Below are positions 38,207 through 47,595 of a DNA stretch of 64,000 nt, one piece after another (the first letter of the stretch is position 1; every line of letters starts with the position of its first letter). The notes beneath the pieces are model-generated. The model ran no database searches and was not told where the DNA came from. It saw only the letters and a program-made list of their open reading frames with translations. Source of the stretch: Candidatus Micrarchaeota archaeon. GTDB taxonomy: Archaea; Micrarchaeota; Micrarchaeia; Anstonellales; Bilamarchaeaceae. Made by a program: the position numbers and the translations under genes. The stretch is from the NCBI GenBank assembly GCA_040753215.1, contig JBFMEZ010000004.1, forward strand, positions 4,015 to 68,014, in the 5' to 3' direction.

Positions 38207-38776
38207 ATGAATAGAAATCCAAAGACAGGAGAGGAGGCGTTGTCCCTCCTCCTGGAGGGGAACAGGCGCTTCATGGCCGGAAAGCTCACCCAGTATGATG
38301 TCGTGAAAAGGAGGAAAGAACTGGCGGCGGGCCAGCACCCGTTCGCGACCGTTGTCTGCTGCTCCGATTCCCGCGTGGACCCTGTGAAGATGTTCGATGC
38401 GGACCTCGGCGAGGTGTTCGCGATAGAATCCGCGGGGAACATAGTTGATGATGTCGCAATCGGGAGCATAGAATACGGGGTGGGCCACCTCCACACCCCC
38501 CTTCTCATGATTCTCGCGCATGAGAAATGCGGCGCGGTGACCGCCTGCTGCGCCGGCGGGAAGTGCGAGGGCCACATAAAGGACATAATGAGGATGATAG
38601 AGCCGTCCGTAGTAAGCGGTAATGTGGAGGCGAGCACGGACGCGAACGCAAAGGCGATGAAGGACTGCATCCTCCACAGCAGCGGGGAGGTCCGCCATCT
38701 CGCAAAAGAGGGAAAGCTGAAGATGGTGGTCGCAAAATACATGCTCGAGAGCGGCCAGGCAAGAATACTTGAATGA
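38207..38776 (+). CDS. Beta-class carbonic anhydrase
   Basis: LLEGNRRF, GQHPFA, CSDSRV, AGN and HEKCGAV. Confidence 0.95.
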   Translation: MNRNPKTGEEALSLLLEGNRRFMAGKLTQYDVVKRRKELAAGQHPFATVVCCSDSRVDPVKMFDADLGEVFAIESAGNIVDDVAIGSIEYGVGHLHTPLLMILAHEKCGAVTACCAGGKCEGHIKDIMRMIEPSVVSGNVEASTDANAKAMKDCILHSSGEVRHLAKEGKLKMVVAKYMLESGQARILE

Positions 38777-38787
38777 AGTGAAAACAG

Positions 38788-39990
38788 ATGGCAGGGGAAA
38801 AGGAATACGAGCTGAAAAAAACGGTGCGCAGCCTGAAGCAGTTCAGCGGCAGCGGCACCCAGCTCATCTCAGTATTCATACCCGCGGGCTACCCTATCCA
38901 CGAAACCGCAGGGAAGCTCAGGGAGGAACTCTCCCAGGCCTCCAACATAAAGTCCAAGCAGACGCGGACGAACGTGACCGATGCGCTGGAAAAAATCCTC
39001 AACTACATGAAGATGTTCAGGCAGACCCCGGAGAACGGCCTGGCAGTCTTCGCGGGCAACGTCTCGGACAACCCCGCCAAGACCGACATAAGGCTCTTCT
39101 CCCTGGAGCCGCCGCAGAAGCTCAACGTATCCATATACAGGTGCGATTCCCGCTTCTTCCTGGAGCCCCTTGAGCGGATGCTGGAGGCGAAGGACGTGTA
39201 CGGGGTTATCGCGATGGACGGGCGGGAGGCGACGCTCGCAATCGTGCGCGGGACGGAAATCCAGGTCGTGAAGAAGCTCATCTCCCACGCGCATGCGAAG
39301 GTGCGGAAGGGGGGCCAGTCCGCCCGGAGGTACGAGCGGCTCATAGAGGAGTCCATAGAGAAATACTACAAGCGGGTGGGCGAGGCGGTTGACGAGCATT
39401 TCCTCGGCCGCATAAAGGGGATGGTTGTAGGCGGCCCGGGCCCCACCAAGGAATTCTTCGTGAAGATGTCCCCGTTCAACTACCAGATAAAGGTGCTCGG
39501 GGTTGTGGACACCGGCTACACGGACGAGTACGGAATCCGCGAAGCGCTCTCGAAGGCGGAGTCCATCCTCGAGACCCAGGGGGCCGTGAAGGAGCGCGCC
39601 CTCGTCGAGAGATTCATAAAGGAGGTCGTGGGCGGGGGGCTGGCGACCTACGGCCTGAGGGAAGTGATGGGTGCGGTCGAAAGCAGGCAGGCGGCAACGG
39701 TGCTGGTCTCGGAAGGCCTCCAGTTCAACATGGTGGAATGGAAGTGCTCTTCCTGCGGCGAAACCCTCTCAAAGCCGATGCGCGAGGAGCCGAAGCCCGT
39801 CAGGTGCCCGAAATGCGGCGCGGAGATGGAAGTGACGGGCATCGTCCCGCTTATAGATTACCTGATTGAGAACGCGGAGGAGAAGGGGATAAAGATAGAA
39901 GTGGTATCCACAAATACGGTTGAGGGGAACCAGTTCCTCCAGGGCTTCGGGGGAATAGGCGCCTTCCTCAAATACAGGACCACTTATTAG
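38788..39990 (+). CDS. prf1: Peptide chain release factor aRF1
   Basis: ASNIKS, YRCDSRF and GGQSARRY; C-terminal Zn ribbon insert. Confidence 0.97.
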   Translation: MAGEKEYELKKTVRSLKQFSGSGTQLISVFIPAGYPIHETAGKLREELSQASNIKSKQTRTNVTDALEKILNYMKMFRQTPENGLAVFAGNVSDNPAKTDIRLFSLEPPQKLNVSIYRCDSRFFLEPLERMLEAKDVYGVIAMDGREATLAIVRGTEIQVVKKLISHAHAKVRKGGQSARRYERLIEESIEKYYKRVGEAVDEHFLGRIKGMVVGGPGPTKEFFVKMSPFNYQIKVLGVVDTGYTDEYGIREALSKAESILETQGAVKERALVERFIKEVVGGGLATYGLREVMGAVESRQAATVLVSEGLQFNMVEWKCSSCGETLSKPMREEPKPVRCPKCGAEMEVTGIVPLIDYLIENAEEKGIKIEVVSTNTVEGNQFLQGFGGIGAFLKYRTTY

Positions 39991-40625
39991 GAAACATTCA
40001 CAGGCGGCGCCGGGATTTCTTCTCCGGGAACCGGAGCAGGACCGGACGGTTCCAGGGGCGCAGGCTCTTCCGTGGCGGCACTCCCGCCTGCCGGAAGCTC
40101 CGCAGAGCTCGCATTCTGTGCAGGCTGCCTTGATGTTACGCTGCAGTCCATGAATCTATAATTCTCGCCCATCCCCACCACAAGCTCATTCGCGAAGATG
40201 AGCGTTTCGTCCGCCGCCCTCACGTAAAACAATGCCTTCGAGGGCGCGCCCCTCGCCGCATTTATCTCCGAAAGGCATTGCGGGAGCGGGAGCGATGGCG
40301 GCGTTCCGCCCTCGCTGTCGCCTATCCTCAGGCATTCCGTGTCAAGCGAGTATATCTTCTTGTCCTTCCCGCCCAGGGCGGTGCTGCCGGCGAGGTCCGC
40401 GCTGCACTGCATTATGTTCCTCTGCACGGAGATGCCCGCCCCGCGCAGGTCCATCACTATGTATATTTCCGATGCGTCCGAAAGGCCGGCTGCGAACTCG
40501 CCCATTCCCACACGCTCCCTCCCGGCCCAGGGGTCTGCCTCCCCCGGCTGGCTGAAGAATATGTATGCCCCGAGTGCCACGGCAAGGATTATAAGTGCGC
40601 CCGCGGCCGCAGCCCGCTCATTCAT
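39987..40625 (-). CDS. Hypothetical membrane-anchored protein
   Basis: N-terminal TM helix and Pro-rich tail; core pattern (MxCxxxLAxx...KKIY...C) resembles the C-terminal domain of the upstream gene. Confidence 0.7.
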   Translation of the reverse strand: MNERAAAAGALIILAVALGAYIFFSQPGEADPWAGRERVGMGEFAAGLSDASEIYIVMDLRGAGISVQRNIMQCSADLAGSTALGGKDKKIYSLDTECLRIGDSEGGTPPSLPLPQCLSEINAARGAPSKALFYVRAADETLIFANELVVGMGENYRFMDCSVTSRQPAQNASSAELPAGGSAATEEPAPLEPSGPAPVPGEEIPAPPVNVS

Positions 40626-40674
40626 CGAACAAGACCTCTGCTAATTCTCCCCATTCCAACCCCGGGCGTTTGAT

Positions 40675-42804
40675 TCACTCTATCACCCATTCGCTGCTTT
40701 CATTCTGCGGCTCCTCTGCAAGGGAGGCGGGCTCCACGGAGAGCATTTCCGCGAACTCGCATTCCCTGAAGTACTGCTCGTCCCCTGAGAAAACCGCGCT
40801 GTCCACGAACACCGCCGAGAATTCCGGCCTTGCCTGCATCGCGGAGTACCGCAGCGTTATTATGGGCTCCTGTATGCTGTCGTAGCAGTCACCGAGCGTT
40901 GTCTGCCCGGCGACGCATTCGCCATCCAGCTTCTCGTACACGTCAACGCTTCTGGGCGAGAGGTGGGAGGCGATGCTCGCGGCACAGCCCCTCATCTCCG
41001 AGGCCGCGCCCGCGCTGACGCCTTCCGTCTCCAGCACTACTGACGCGTGGTCCGCGCCCTGCAGCGAAGACCTGAATGTGCTGAAGTCCGCCTCCGAGGA
41101 AGAGCTTTTCAGCGTAAGATAGACCCCTGCGGACACGGCACCCACCGCGAGCAGCCCGAGCCCGAGGATGAGGAACCCCACGAACATGGCGCCCCTCCCT
41201 TTCAGGCGGGAGGAAAGGCCAGCGAAAACGAAAAGGAAAGCGAACGTTAGCAGCGAGCCGAGGGAGAAGAACGAAACCGCCGATAGCACCGCCGGCGCGT
41301 AATCCGAAAGCCTGTCCTTCTCGCTCCTGTCCATGGGCTGTATCGCCACAACCAGGCTCTCCAGCCCCTCGTTCGTCCTCTTCGCTGCCGCCCTGAACGG
41401 GCTCAGGTATGCGGTGCTCTGCTCCACCCCCTGCACGATCGGCTCCGCGCCCTGCGTGATATTGTTGTATTCGTTTGCAAGCTCGACGTACCTCTCCGCG
41501 CTGAGCCCGCTCACGAATCCCCTGTCAAGGGCGCTCTTCCTGGCGGCCAGCGCCGCGGCGGCGGCCTCCTGCTCCCCGCTCAGCGAGGAGGTCTCCAGTA
41601 TGAAAAGCGAAAGCGACGCCTCGGCCCTCGCCCTTTCCGTAGAATTGTATATCGCCCACTGCGAAGGCACCGCCGCCTCTATGATGTTCGTCTTCGCCCT
41701 CAGCTCGGCCATCGACGCGTTCACATCCGAGAAGTTTCCTGCGGCCAGGTCCGCGTCAATCTTCGCCATGAGCGCCTCAGCCCTTGCGGCATAGGAGTTA
41801 AGCGAGCTGTTCGACACCACGGCAAGGACGTCGTCCGCCTCTTCAACCGCTTTCTGCGCCCTCTCCCTGTCCGTATCGTACAATGAATGGTAATACGCCC
41901 TCTCCGCGCTCAGCCTCGCCATCTCCACCCTTTCCACGGCGTCCTCGCCCATGCTCTCCCCGAGCGCATCGTAGTCCCCGAGCAGCGCCGTCTCGCCCAG
42001 CATCGCGTCCAGTTTCTCCTTTGCGCTCTCGAGGTGGCTTTCATTTATGATTATTCTCGGGCAGAGGCCCATGCAGTCCGTGCACCTCTCCCCTCCCTGC
42101 GGCAGCCTGAACTTCGTGCCCTCTATCTCCTTCTCATAATCATCCAGATTGTCCGCAATCGCCCCTATCGCGGTGAGGCTGCCGTATATGTTCCCCGGGC
42201 TGAGGTTGCCCAGGTACCCGAAAATCGCGTTCATGCCCGCGGTCATGTTGTTGCTGGCAAACGCGAATTTCTCCACGTGCGGCTGTACGTCCCTCCTGGG
42301 GTCGCTGCACCCTATCGCATCCCCCAGCTCGTCGCACAGCATCATCGCCGAATATACGCAGTTTGTGCTGTTCGTGCACGGGAACACGTTAAGGTAGAGG
42401 CTGTACCTGCACACCTCCTCCTCTATCCCCACGCTCCTGCTCATCCCCGGCAGCTTTATGCTCATGTTGTTGTAGAAATCGCCGTTGTTCCTGCTCCAGT
42501 CATAAAGCTCGAACTCCCCCCTCAGCGAATTCAGCTCTGCCGGTGAAGGGTAGTACAGCTCCGAAAAATGCAGCATGAGCGCGCGCGAGATCTCCTGCGG
42601 TTCCGTCACCACGCTCCCGTCGCCGCGGAGCAGCAGGCCGGGCTCCCCGCCCACATACGCCAGCGTATACACCGAGCCGTCCGCAGTGAAAGTCTCCTCG
42701 CCGGTGACCTCTTCGCCTGCGCCCAGGTACTGGGAAACGCTGGCCCCGCTCATCAGGGGGAGCATGAGCAGTAACCCTATCAGGATGCTGGCGGTCGGTC
42801 GCAT
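40675..42804 (-). CDS. Large hypothetical membrane / surface protein
   Basis: Signal peptide, Cys-containing N-terminal region, long helical region, two TM helices and a C-terminal domain. Confidence 0.78.
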   Translation of the reverse strand: MRPTASILIGLLLMLPLMSGASVSQYLGAGEEVTGEETFTADGSVYTLAYVGGEPGLLLRGDGSVVTEPQEISRALMLHFSELYYPSPAELNSLRGEFELYDWSRNNGDFYNNMSIKLPGMSRSVGIEEEVCRYSLYLNVFPCTNSTNCVYSAMMLCDELGDAIGCSDPRRDVQPHVEKFAFASNNMTAGMNAIFGYLGNLSPGNIYGSLTAIGAIADNLDDYEKEIEGTKFRLPQGGERCTDCMGLCPRIIINESHLESAKEKLDAMLGETALLGDYDALGESMGEDAVERVEMARLSAERAYYHSLYDTDRERAQKAVEEADDVLAVVSNSSLNSYAARAEALMAKIDADLAAGNFSDVNASMAELRAKTNIIEAAVPSQWAIYNSTERARAEASLSLFILETSSLSGEQEAAAAALAARKSALDRGFVSGLSAERYVELANEYNNITQGAEPIVQGVEQSTAYLSPFRAAAKRTNEGLESLVVAIQPMDRSEKDRLSDYAPAVLSAVSFFSLGSLLTFAFLFVFAGLSSRLKGRGAMFVGFLILGLGLLAVGAVSAGVYLTLKSSSSEADFSTFRSSLQGADHASVVLETEGVSAGAASEMRGCAASIASHLSPRSVDVYEKLDGECVAGQTTLGDCYDSIQEPIITLRYSAMQARPEFSAVFVDSAVFSGDEQYFRECEFAEMLSVEPASLAEEPQNESSEWVIE

Positions 42805-42849
42805 GGCCCAGTATTCCTCCTGCTTATTTAAATACTTTTCCCATTTTTG

Positions 42850-43833
42850 CTATTTCTCCCTCTCCACAATGTAGTCCCCGAGGGCCTCCATCATCTCCCT
42901 GCCCCCGGCATTCCCCATGGCCCGCAGGCTCCGCTTCGCCTCCCTCACCAGCCTCTCGGCGTATTCCGATGCGTATTCCACCGAGCCGTACTCCTTTGCC
43001 AGCGCGATTACCTCCCCCACTTCTTCCGCGCCCTTCCTCGCCTTACCGAGTATGCCGGCAACCCTCCTCCCCACTTTCTCCGGCGAATTCGAAAGGAGGT
43101 GTATCACAATCAGCGACCTCTTGCCCTCCTCCACGTCCTCCCCTATCTTTTTCCTGTATTTCGAAGGGTCTGCCGTGAGGTTCAGCACGTCGTCCCTTAT
43201 CTGGAACGCAAGCCCGGTCTTCTCGCCGAATTCCCTCAGCGCTCCCCTCTCCCCCTCCTCCGCATCCGCGGCGCAGGCGCCCAGCTCGCAGGAAGCGCCT
43301 ATCAGCGCAGCTGTCTTCCCCTCCACCATCCTAAGGTAATCCTCCTCGCTCACATCGAATTTTTTATCCCTGTACCAGCTCAGCTCCATGCCCTGGCCCT
43401 CGGCCACCATCCGGAACGCCCTCAACATGATGGGCGCACCGCCATGCAGCTCTTCCGGCCCCACCTTCCTGAACAGCGAGCTCCACATTATATTGTACAG
43501 GGCGTCCCCCGCGTTCAGCGCCATAGGAATCCCGTACTGCATGTGCAGCGTCGGCTTCCCCCTCCTCATGGGGGAGGAGTCTTCGATGTCGTCGTGTATG
43601 AGGGTAAAATTATGGAACAGCTCGACCGCAACCGCAAACGGCATCGCCTTCCCCTCGTCCCCGCCGCACGCCGAGCACGAAGCGAGCGTGAGCACGGGCC
43701 TTATCCGCTTCCCGCCGCGCGCAACGAATTCCCTCAGCATCCCGTAGACTTCTTCCGGCTCCCCCGGTATCTCCGCCAGCACCGCCTCTTCTATAAGCTT
43801 CGCCCTGGATGCTATGTACTCATCAGCATTCAT
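42850..43833 (-). CDS. idsA: Polyprenyl (geranylgeranyl) diphosphate synthase
   Basis: GGKRIRP, HNFTLIHDDIED..RRG, GQ, KT, FQIRDD and GEDVEEGK. Confidence 0.94.
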   Translation of the reverse strand: MNADEYIASRAKLIEEAVLAEIPGEPEEVYGMLREFVARGGKRIRPVLTLASCSACGGDEGKAMPFAVAVELFHNFTLIHDDIEDSSPMRRGKPTLHMQYGIPMALNAGDALYNIMWSSLFRKVGPEELHGGAPIMLRAFRMVAEGQGMELSWYRDKKFDVSEEDYLRMVEGKTAALIGASCELGACAADAEEGERGALREFGEKTGLAFQIRDDVLNLTADPSKYRKKIGEDVEEGKRSLIVIHLLSNSPEKVGRRVAGILGKARKGAEEVGEVIALAKEYGSVEYASEYAERLVREAKRSLRAMGNAGGREMMEALGDYIVEREK

Positions 43834-43856
43834 ACGCCATATTTTCCATGCGAAGG

Positions 43857-43940
43857 ATTAAATTCACTCCTCTCCCAATTTCTCCCGTGTCCGACTTCAT
43901 TACAGATTTTTTCATAAATCCCATCGCGGAGCGCACAGGC
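43857..43940 (+). pseudogene. Truncated duplicate of the promoter and first ~18 codons of the DUF63 gene
   Basis: TCCGACTTCATTACAGATTTTTTCATAAATCCCATCGCGGAGCGCACAGGC is near-identical to the start of the gene at 44095; both are preceded by ATTAAATTC. Confidence 0.8.
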
Positions 43941-44037
43941 TCCAAGAGGAAGGGGGAACGCCTTCCCCCCTCTCTTTAGGGTAATCATACCCCCCTTCCA
44001 CTTCTCTTTATCACTCTTCGCTCGTACTTCTTGCGCA
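43941..44037. repeat. Dispersed element family C, most complete copy
   Basis: CCAAGAGGAAGGGGGAACGCCTTCCCCCCTCTCTTTAGGGTAATCATACCCCCCTTCCACTTC...; other copies at 37807-37988 and 46584-46633 (inverted). Confidence 0.8.
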
Positions 44038-44094
44038 TTGACTTTTCCAACAATATGGTTAGTATTAAATTCCCTCCCAAACCATCTCTCTACC

Positions 44095-44979
44095 ATGTCC
44101 GACTTCGTTTCAGATTTTTTCATAAATCCCATAGCGGAGCGCACCGGCTACAACTTCGTGAATACGCTCTTCTACGCCACACTCGCAATTCTCGCCGTTT
44201 ATGCCCTCTGGCTCCTTTTCAAAAAATTCAAAATCCAAATCAACAACGACTTCTTCTACGGAACGCTCTCATTCGTCCTCTTCGGCTCCACCGCCCGCGT
44301 GGTCACCGATGCGGTTGATTCCGGAGCCCTCACAGCCGCCACGCCCCTCCACCAATTCGTCCTCAGCACCGGCCTCTACCAGTACGGCTTCATAACCGTA
44401 TCCCCCGGCATCTACGTTGTGGTCGCCTCCCTCCTCCTTCTTTCCATCGCCGCCCTCCACCATTTCCGCCGCATGCGATACCTCAAATACATCGGCCTCT
44501 CCCTCTTCGCATTCCATTTCCTGCTCCTCCTCCCCTTCCTCCGGTACTGGATGCACGCGGTCCCCGTCCTCCTGATGGCCGCCATCCCGTTTGCGCTTGC
44601 CTTTTGCTATTTCCGCAATCCGTATCTCTGCGGGGATAACCGGCAGAAATCTGCGGATTCCTGCCGCCTTCCCAGCTCGCTCGTTGTCGGCGCCCAAGCG
44701 CTTGATGGCGCAGCCACCTTCTACATAATAGACGTCTTCTCCCCCATCGCCGGAATCCCCTACTTCGAGCAGCACGTAATCTCCCGCGCGGTTGGCGAAT
44801 TCCTGGACACCTACCTCCTTTTCTACCTCATAAAAATCGCAATCGCCTTCGCAGCCTCCTATTTTGTGGGAAAGGAAAAGCTTTCTGATGATGAGAAGCG
44901 CTACATACTATTGATATTCATAATAATAGGGCTCGCGCCGGGATTGCGCGACCTCCTCCGCATGGTGGCAGGCACATGA
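44095..44979 (+). CDS. DUF63 family membrane protein
   Basis: GYNFVNTLFYA, GSTARV..D, SPGIY, LDGAAT, EQHV and GLAPGLRD; in-frame hairpin-derived insert RNPYLCGDNRQKSADSCR. Confidence 0.85.
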   Translation: MSDFVSDFFINPIAERTGYNFVNTLFYATLAILAVYALWLLFKKFKIQINNDFFYGTLSFVLFGSTARVVTDAVDSGALTAATPLHQFVLSTGLYQYGFITVSPGIYVVVASLLLLSIAALHHFRRMRYLKYIGLSLFAFHFLLLLPFLRYWMHAVPVLLMAAIPFALAFCYFRNPYLCGDNRQKSADSCRLPSSLVVGAQALDGAATFYIIDVFSPIAGIPYFEQHVISRAVGEFLDTYLLFYLIKIAIAFAASYFVGKEKLSDDEKRYILLIFIIIGLAPGLRDLLRMVAGT

Positions 44980-45017
44980 CAGTTCCCGGTTTCCTGTTTC
45001 CGGTTTCCGGTTGTGGC

Positions 45018-45472
45018 CAGGGTGTTGCAAATTTAAAACCGATGCCAATTAGTTGTTGTCTCCAGGTCTTGCAGTTGTCTCCATGTCTTGCATGGTCTCC
45101 AGGTCTTGCAGTTGTCTCCAGGTCTTGCAGTTGTCTCCAGGTCTTGCATGGTCTCCATGTCTTGCATGGTCTTCAGGTCTTGCATGGTCTCCAGGTCTTG
45201 CAGTTGTCTCCAGGTCTTGCATGGTCTTCGGGTCTTGTGTGACTTTCAGGACCCTCAGGACAACTCAAGACCTCACCAGACTCCAAGACCCCAAGACTAG
45301 GAGACCACAGAGATTATTAAAGCCGATGCCCATCAGTGGTTGTCTCCAAGTCTTGCATGGTCTTCGGGTCTTGTGTGACTTTCAGGACCCTCAGGACAAC
45401 TCAAGACCTCACCAGACTCCAAGACCTGGAGACCACAGGGATTATGCCGCATCCGTAATCTGCAACAGGCTA
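45018..45472 (+). mobile_element. MITE-like element M, copy 1 (terminal IRs, 18/19-bp tandem core, internal duplication)
   Basis: Ends CAGGGTGTTGCAAATT and AATCTGCAACAGGCT; core of GTCTCCAGGTCTTGCATG / GTCTCCAGGTCTTGCAGTT units; about 75 bp exactly duplicated (45216-45290 vs 45352-45426); no transposase. Confidence 0.8.
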
Positions 45473-45605
45473 CAACCTTGATGCGGAGGGGACGGTAATA
45501 AGCGCATACCATAATGTGCCTACGCGGGTTTATGAGGACGGGAGGTCGGAAGTGGTGCGGCCCTGACCACCTTACCTTTTTATATATTATCCCCGAAACC
45601 CGGGC

Positions 45606-46574
45606 ATGGCTGAGCGCTATGCTATAGACATACAAAAAGTGAGGGGAATACAGTCCGCGATAAGCAGGGCTATTTTTGCGGGAAAGAAGGGCGCGCTCAT
45701 CGGCCATTACGCGGGGCTTGTGAAAATAGGGAAGGAAACCCTGGCGATGCACACGGACGGGGTGGGAACCAAAGTATTGGTGGCGCAGGCGCTCGGGAAA
45801 TACGATACTGTGGGGATAGACGCGATAGCGATGAATGTGAACGATATAATATGCGTGGGGGCGAGGCCGCTCGCGGGCGTGGATTACCTCGCGGTTGCGG
45901 AAGAGGACGAGTATTTGATTTCGGAGATAATGAAAGGATTGGTCGCAGGGGCGGAGGAGAGCGGGATAGACATCGTGGGCGGGGAGACCGCGGTGATGAG
46001 GGACGTGATTAAGGGAGGGGAGAAGCCCTTCGACCTTGCATTTACGGTCATCGGGAAGGTGGAGAGATTTACCACAGGGGAGAGGATTAGGAAAGGGGAC
46101 ATGCTCATAGGGCTGGAAAGCTCCGGGCTGCACTCGAACGGGTATTCGCTTGCGAGAAAAGCCCTGGATGCGGGGAAGTGGGGGGAGGAGATGCTTATTC
46201 CTACCAAAATTTATGTGAAGCCGGTGATGGAGATGCTGCATGCCTGTGAAGTGCACGGGCTTGCGCACATAACCGGGGGGGCGTTTTCAAAGCTGATGAG
46301 GCTGAACAGGAAATACGGGTTCCTGATCGATGCGCCGATGAAGCCCGGGAGAATCTTCATGGAGCTGTGGAGGCACGTGGAAGATGAAGTGGAGATGTAC
46401 AGGACTTTCAACATGGGGACCGGGATGGTTGTGGTTGCTCCGGAAAGAGAAGAAGGGAAAATAATCGGGATCATGAAAAGGCACGGGATTGGCGCGCAGG
46501 TGGTCGGGAGGGTTACGGATACTCCGGGAGTCTATCTGGGGAAAGTCAGGCTGGATTATGAGGGAGTTGGATGA
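45606..46574 (+). CDS. purM: Phosphoribosylformylglycinamidine cyclo-ligase (AIR synthase)
   Basis: TDGVGTK, AMNVND, GGETA, SSGLHSNGYSL, AHITGG and RTFNMG. Confidence 0.96.
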   Translation: MAERYAIDIQKVRGIQSAISRAIFAGKKGALIGHYAGLVKIGKETLAMHTDGVGTKVLVAQALGKYDTVGIDAIAMNVNDIICVGARPLAGVDYLAVAEEDEYLISEIMKGLVAGAEESGIDIVGGETAVMRDVIKGGEKPFDLAFTVIGKVERFTTGERIRKGDMLIGLESSGLHSNGYSLARKALDAGKWGEEMLIPTKIYVKPVMEMLHACEVHGLAHITGGAFSKLMRLNRKYGFLIDAPMKPGRIFMELWRHVEDEVEMYRTFNMGTGMVVVAPEREEGKIIGIMKRHGIGAQVVGRVTDTPGVYLGKVRLDYEGVG

Positions 46575-46583
46575 TGATAATGC

Positions 46584-46657
46584 GGGGGGTTATGATTACC
46601 CTAAAGAGAGGGGGGCGCTCTCCCTTCCTCTTGTGGAAACGGGAAACTGAAAACTGG
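46584..46657. repeat. Partial inverted family C copy followed by heptamer repeats
   Basis: GGGGGGTTATGATTACCCTAAAGAGAGGGGGG...CCCTTCCTCTTG is the reverse complement of about 43943-43995; then GGAAACG GGAAACT GAAAACT. Confidence 0.75.
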
Positions 46658-46665
46658 TGACTGAT

Positions 46666-47595
46666 ATGAACAGGGTGGATAAATTATTGAAGGATATTAG
46701 GGATTTGAAGGTGCAGGGGGCGAGGAACGTCGCGAAGGCGGGAATCCGCGCGGTGGTCTGGACTGTGGAGGACTCAAGGGCGAAAACCCGCGAGCAGCTG
46801 CGCAGGGAATTGCTTGAAGCGGTGAAAAAGATAATGCACGTGAGGCCGACCGAGCCGATGCTCAGGAACATGGTGAGGGAGGCCGTGCAGTTCGCTGCTT
46901 CGGAGATCGCGAGCAGCCCATATGCATCCATCCCCGAACTGAAAAGGAGGATTGCAAAGGACGAGGAGAAGTACCTCGCGAGGCTGGAGGCGGCGATTGC
47001 GAACATCGCCGAGTTCGGCGCGATGCTCATTCCGGATGAGGCGCGGGTGGTCACGCACTGCCATTCCAGCACGGTAACCGCGATACTGAAGCAGGCGCAT
47101 TCTGACGGGAAGGATGTGAGGGCGGTGTGCTGCGAGACCAGGCCCAGGTACCAGGGAAGGATTACAGCGGAGGAGCTGGCGAGGGCCGGGATAGATGTGA
47201 CGCTAACTGTGGATATGGGGGTGAACAGGTTCATGAAGAAGGCCGACCTTGTGCTGGTGGGCGCGGACGCGATTACGGCGATGGGGGACCTGATAAACAA
47301 GGTGGGGACCTCCGTGGTTGCGAGGCTTGCGAGGATGAATGACGTTTCGTTCTATTCCGCTGCGGAACTGTACAAGTACGACCCGCTCACGATTTATGGG
47401 GCGCGGGAGAAGATTGAGGAAAGGGACCCTGCGGAGGTGTGGGAGAGGCCGCCGAAGGGAGTGAAGGTTTCCAACCCCGCGTTCGATGCTACTGCCGCAA
47501 GGTACATCAACGGGTACGTGACAGATGCGGGGGTTGTGCCGCCGCAGGCATTGTGGAGCATAGCGATGAAGAAGCTCGGGAGGGAAATAGTATGA
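46666..47595 (+). CDS. Ribose-1,5-bisphosphate isomerase (eIF-2B-like)
   Basis: VQGA, RPTEP, THCHS (catalytic Cys), ETRP..QG, GADAI, NKVGT and NPAFD; adjacent to AMP phosphorylase. Confidence 0.9.
   Translation: MNRVDKLLKDIRDLKVQGARNVAKAGIRAVVWTVEDSRAKTREQLRRELLEAVKKIMHVRPTEPMLRNMVREAVQFAASEIASSPYASIPELKRRIAKDEEKYLARLEAAIANIAEFGAMLIPDEARVVTHCHSSTVTAILKQAHSDGKDVRAVCCETRPRYQGRITAEELARAGIDVTLTVDMGVNRFMKKADLVLVGADAITAMGDLINKVGTSVVARLARMNDVSFYSAAELYKYDPLTIYGAREKIEERDPAEVWERPPKGVKVSNPAFDATAARYINGYVTDAGVVPPQALWSIAMKKLGREIV

Noticed and set aside
38147-38698. N-terminal part of the 221-aa minus-strand ORF
   Set aside because: It is the antisense shadow of carbonic anhydrase; only the last 37 codons look like a real gene.
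43985-44038. Short basic ORF MRKKYERRVIKRSGRGV as ribosomal protein L41e
   Set aside because: It lies within repeat family C, and the homologous copy at 37940-37988 has an early stop, so coding is not conserved.
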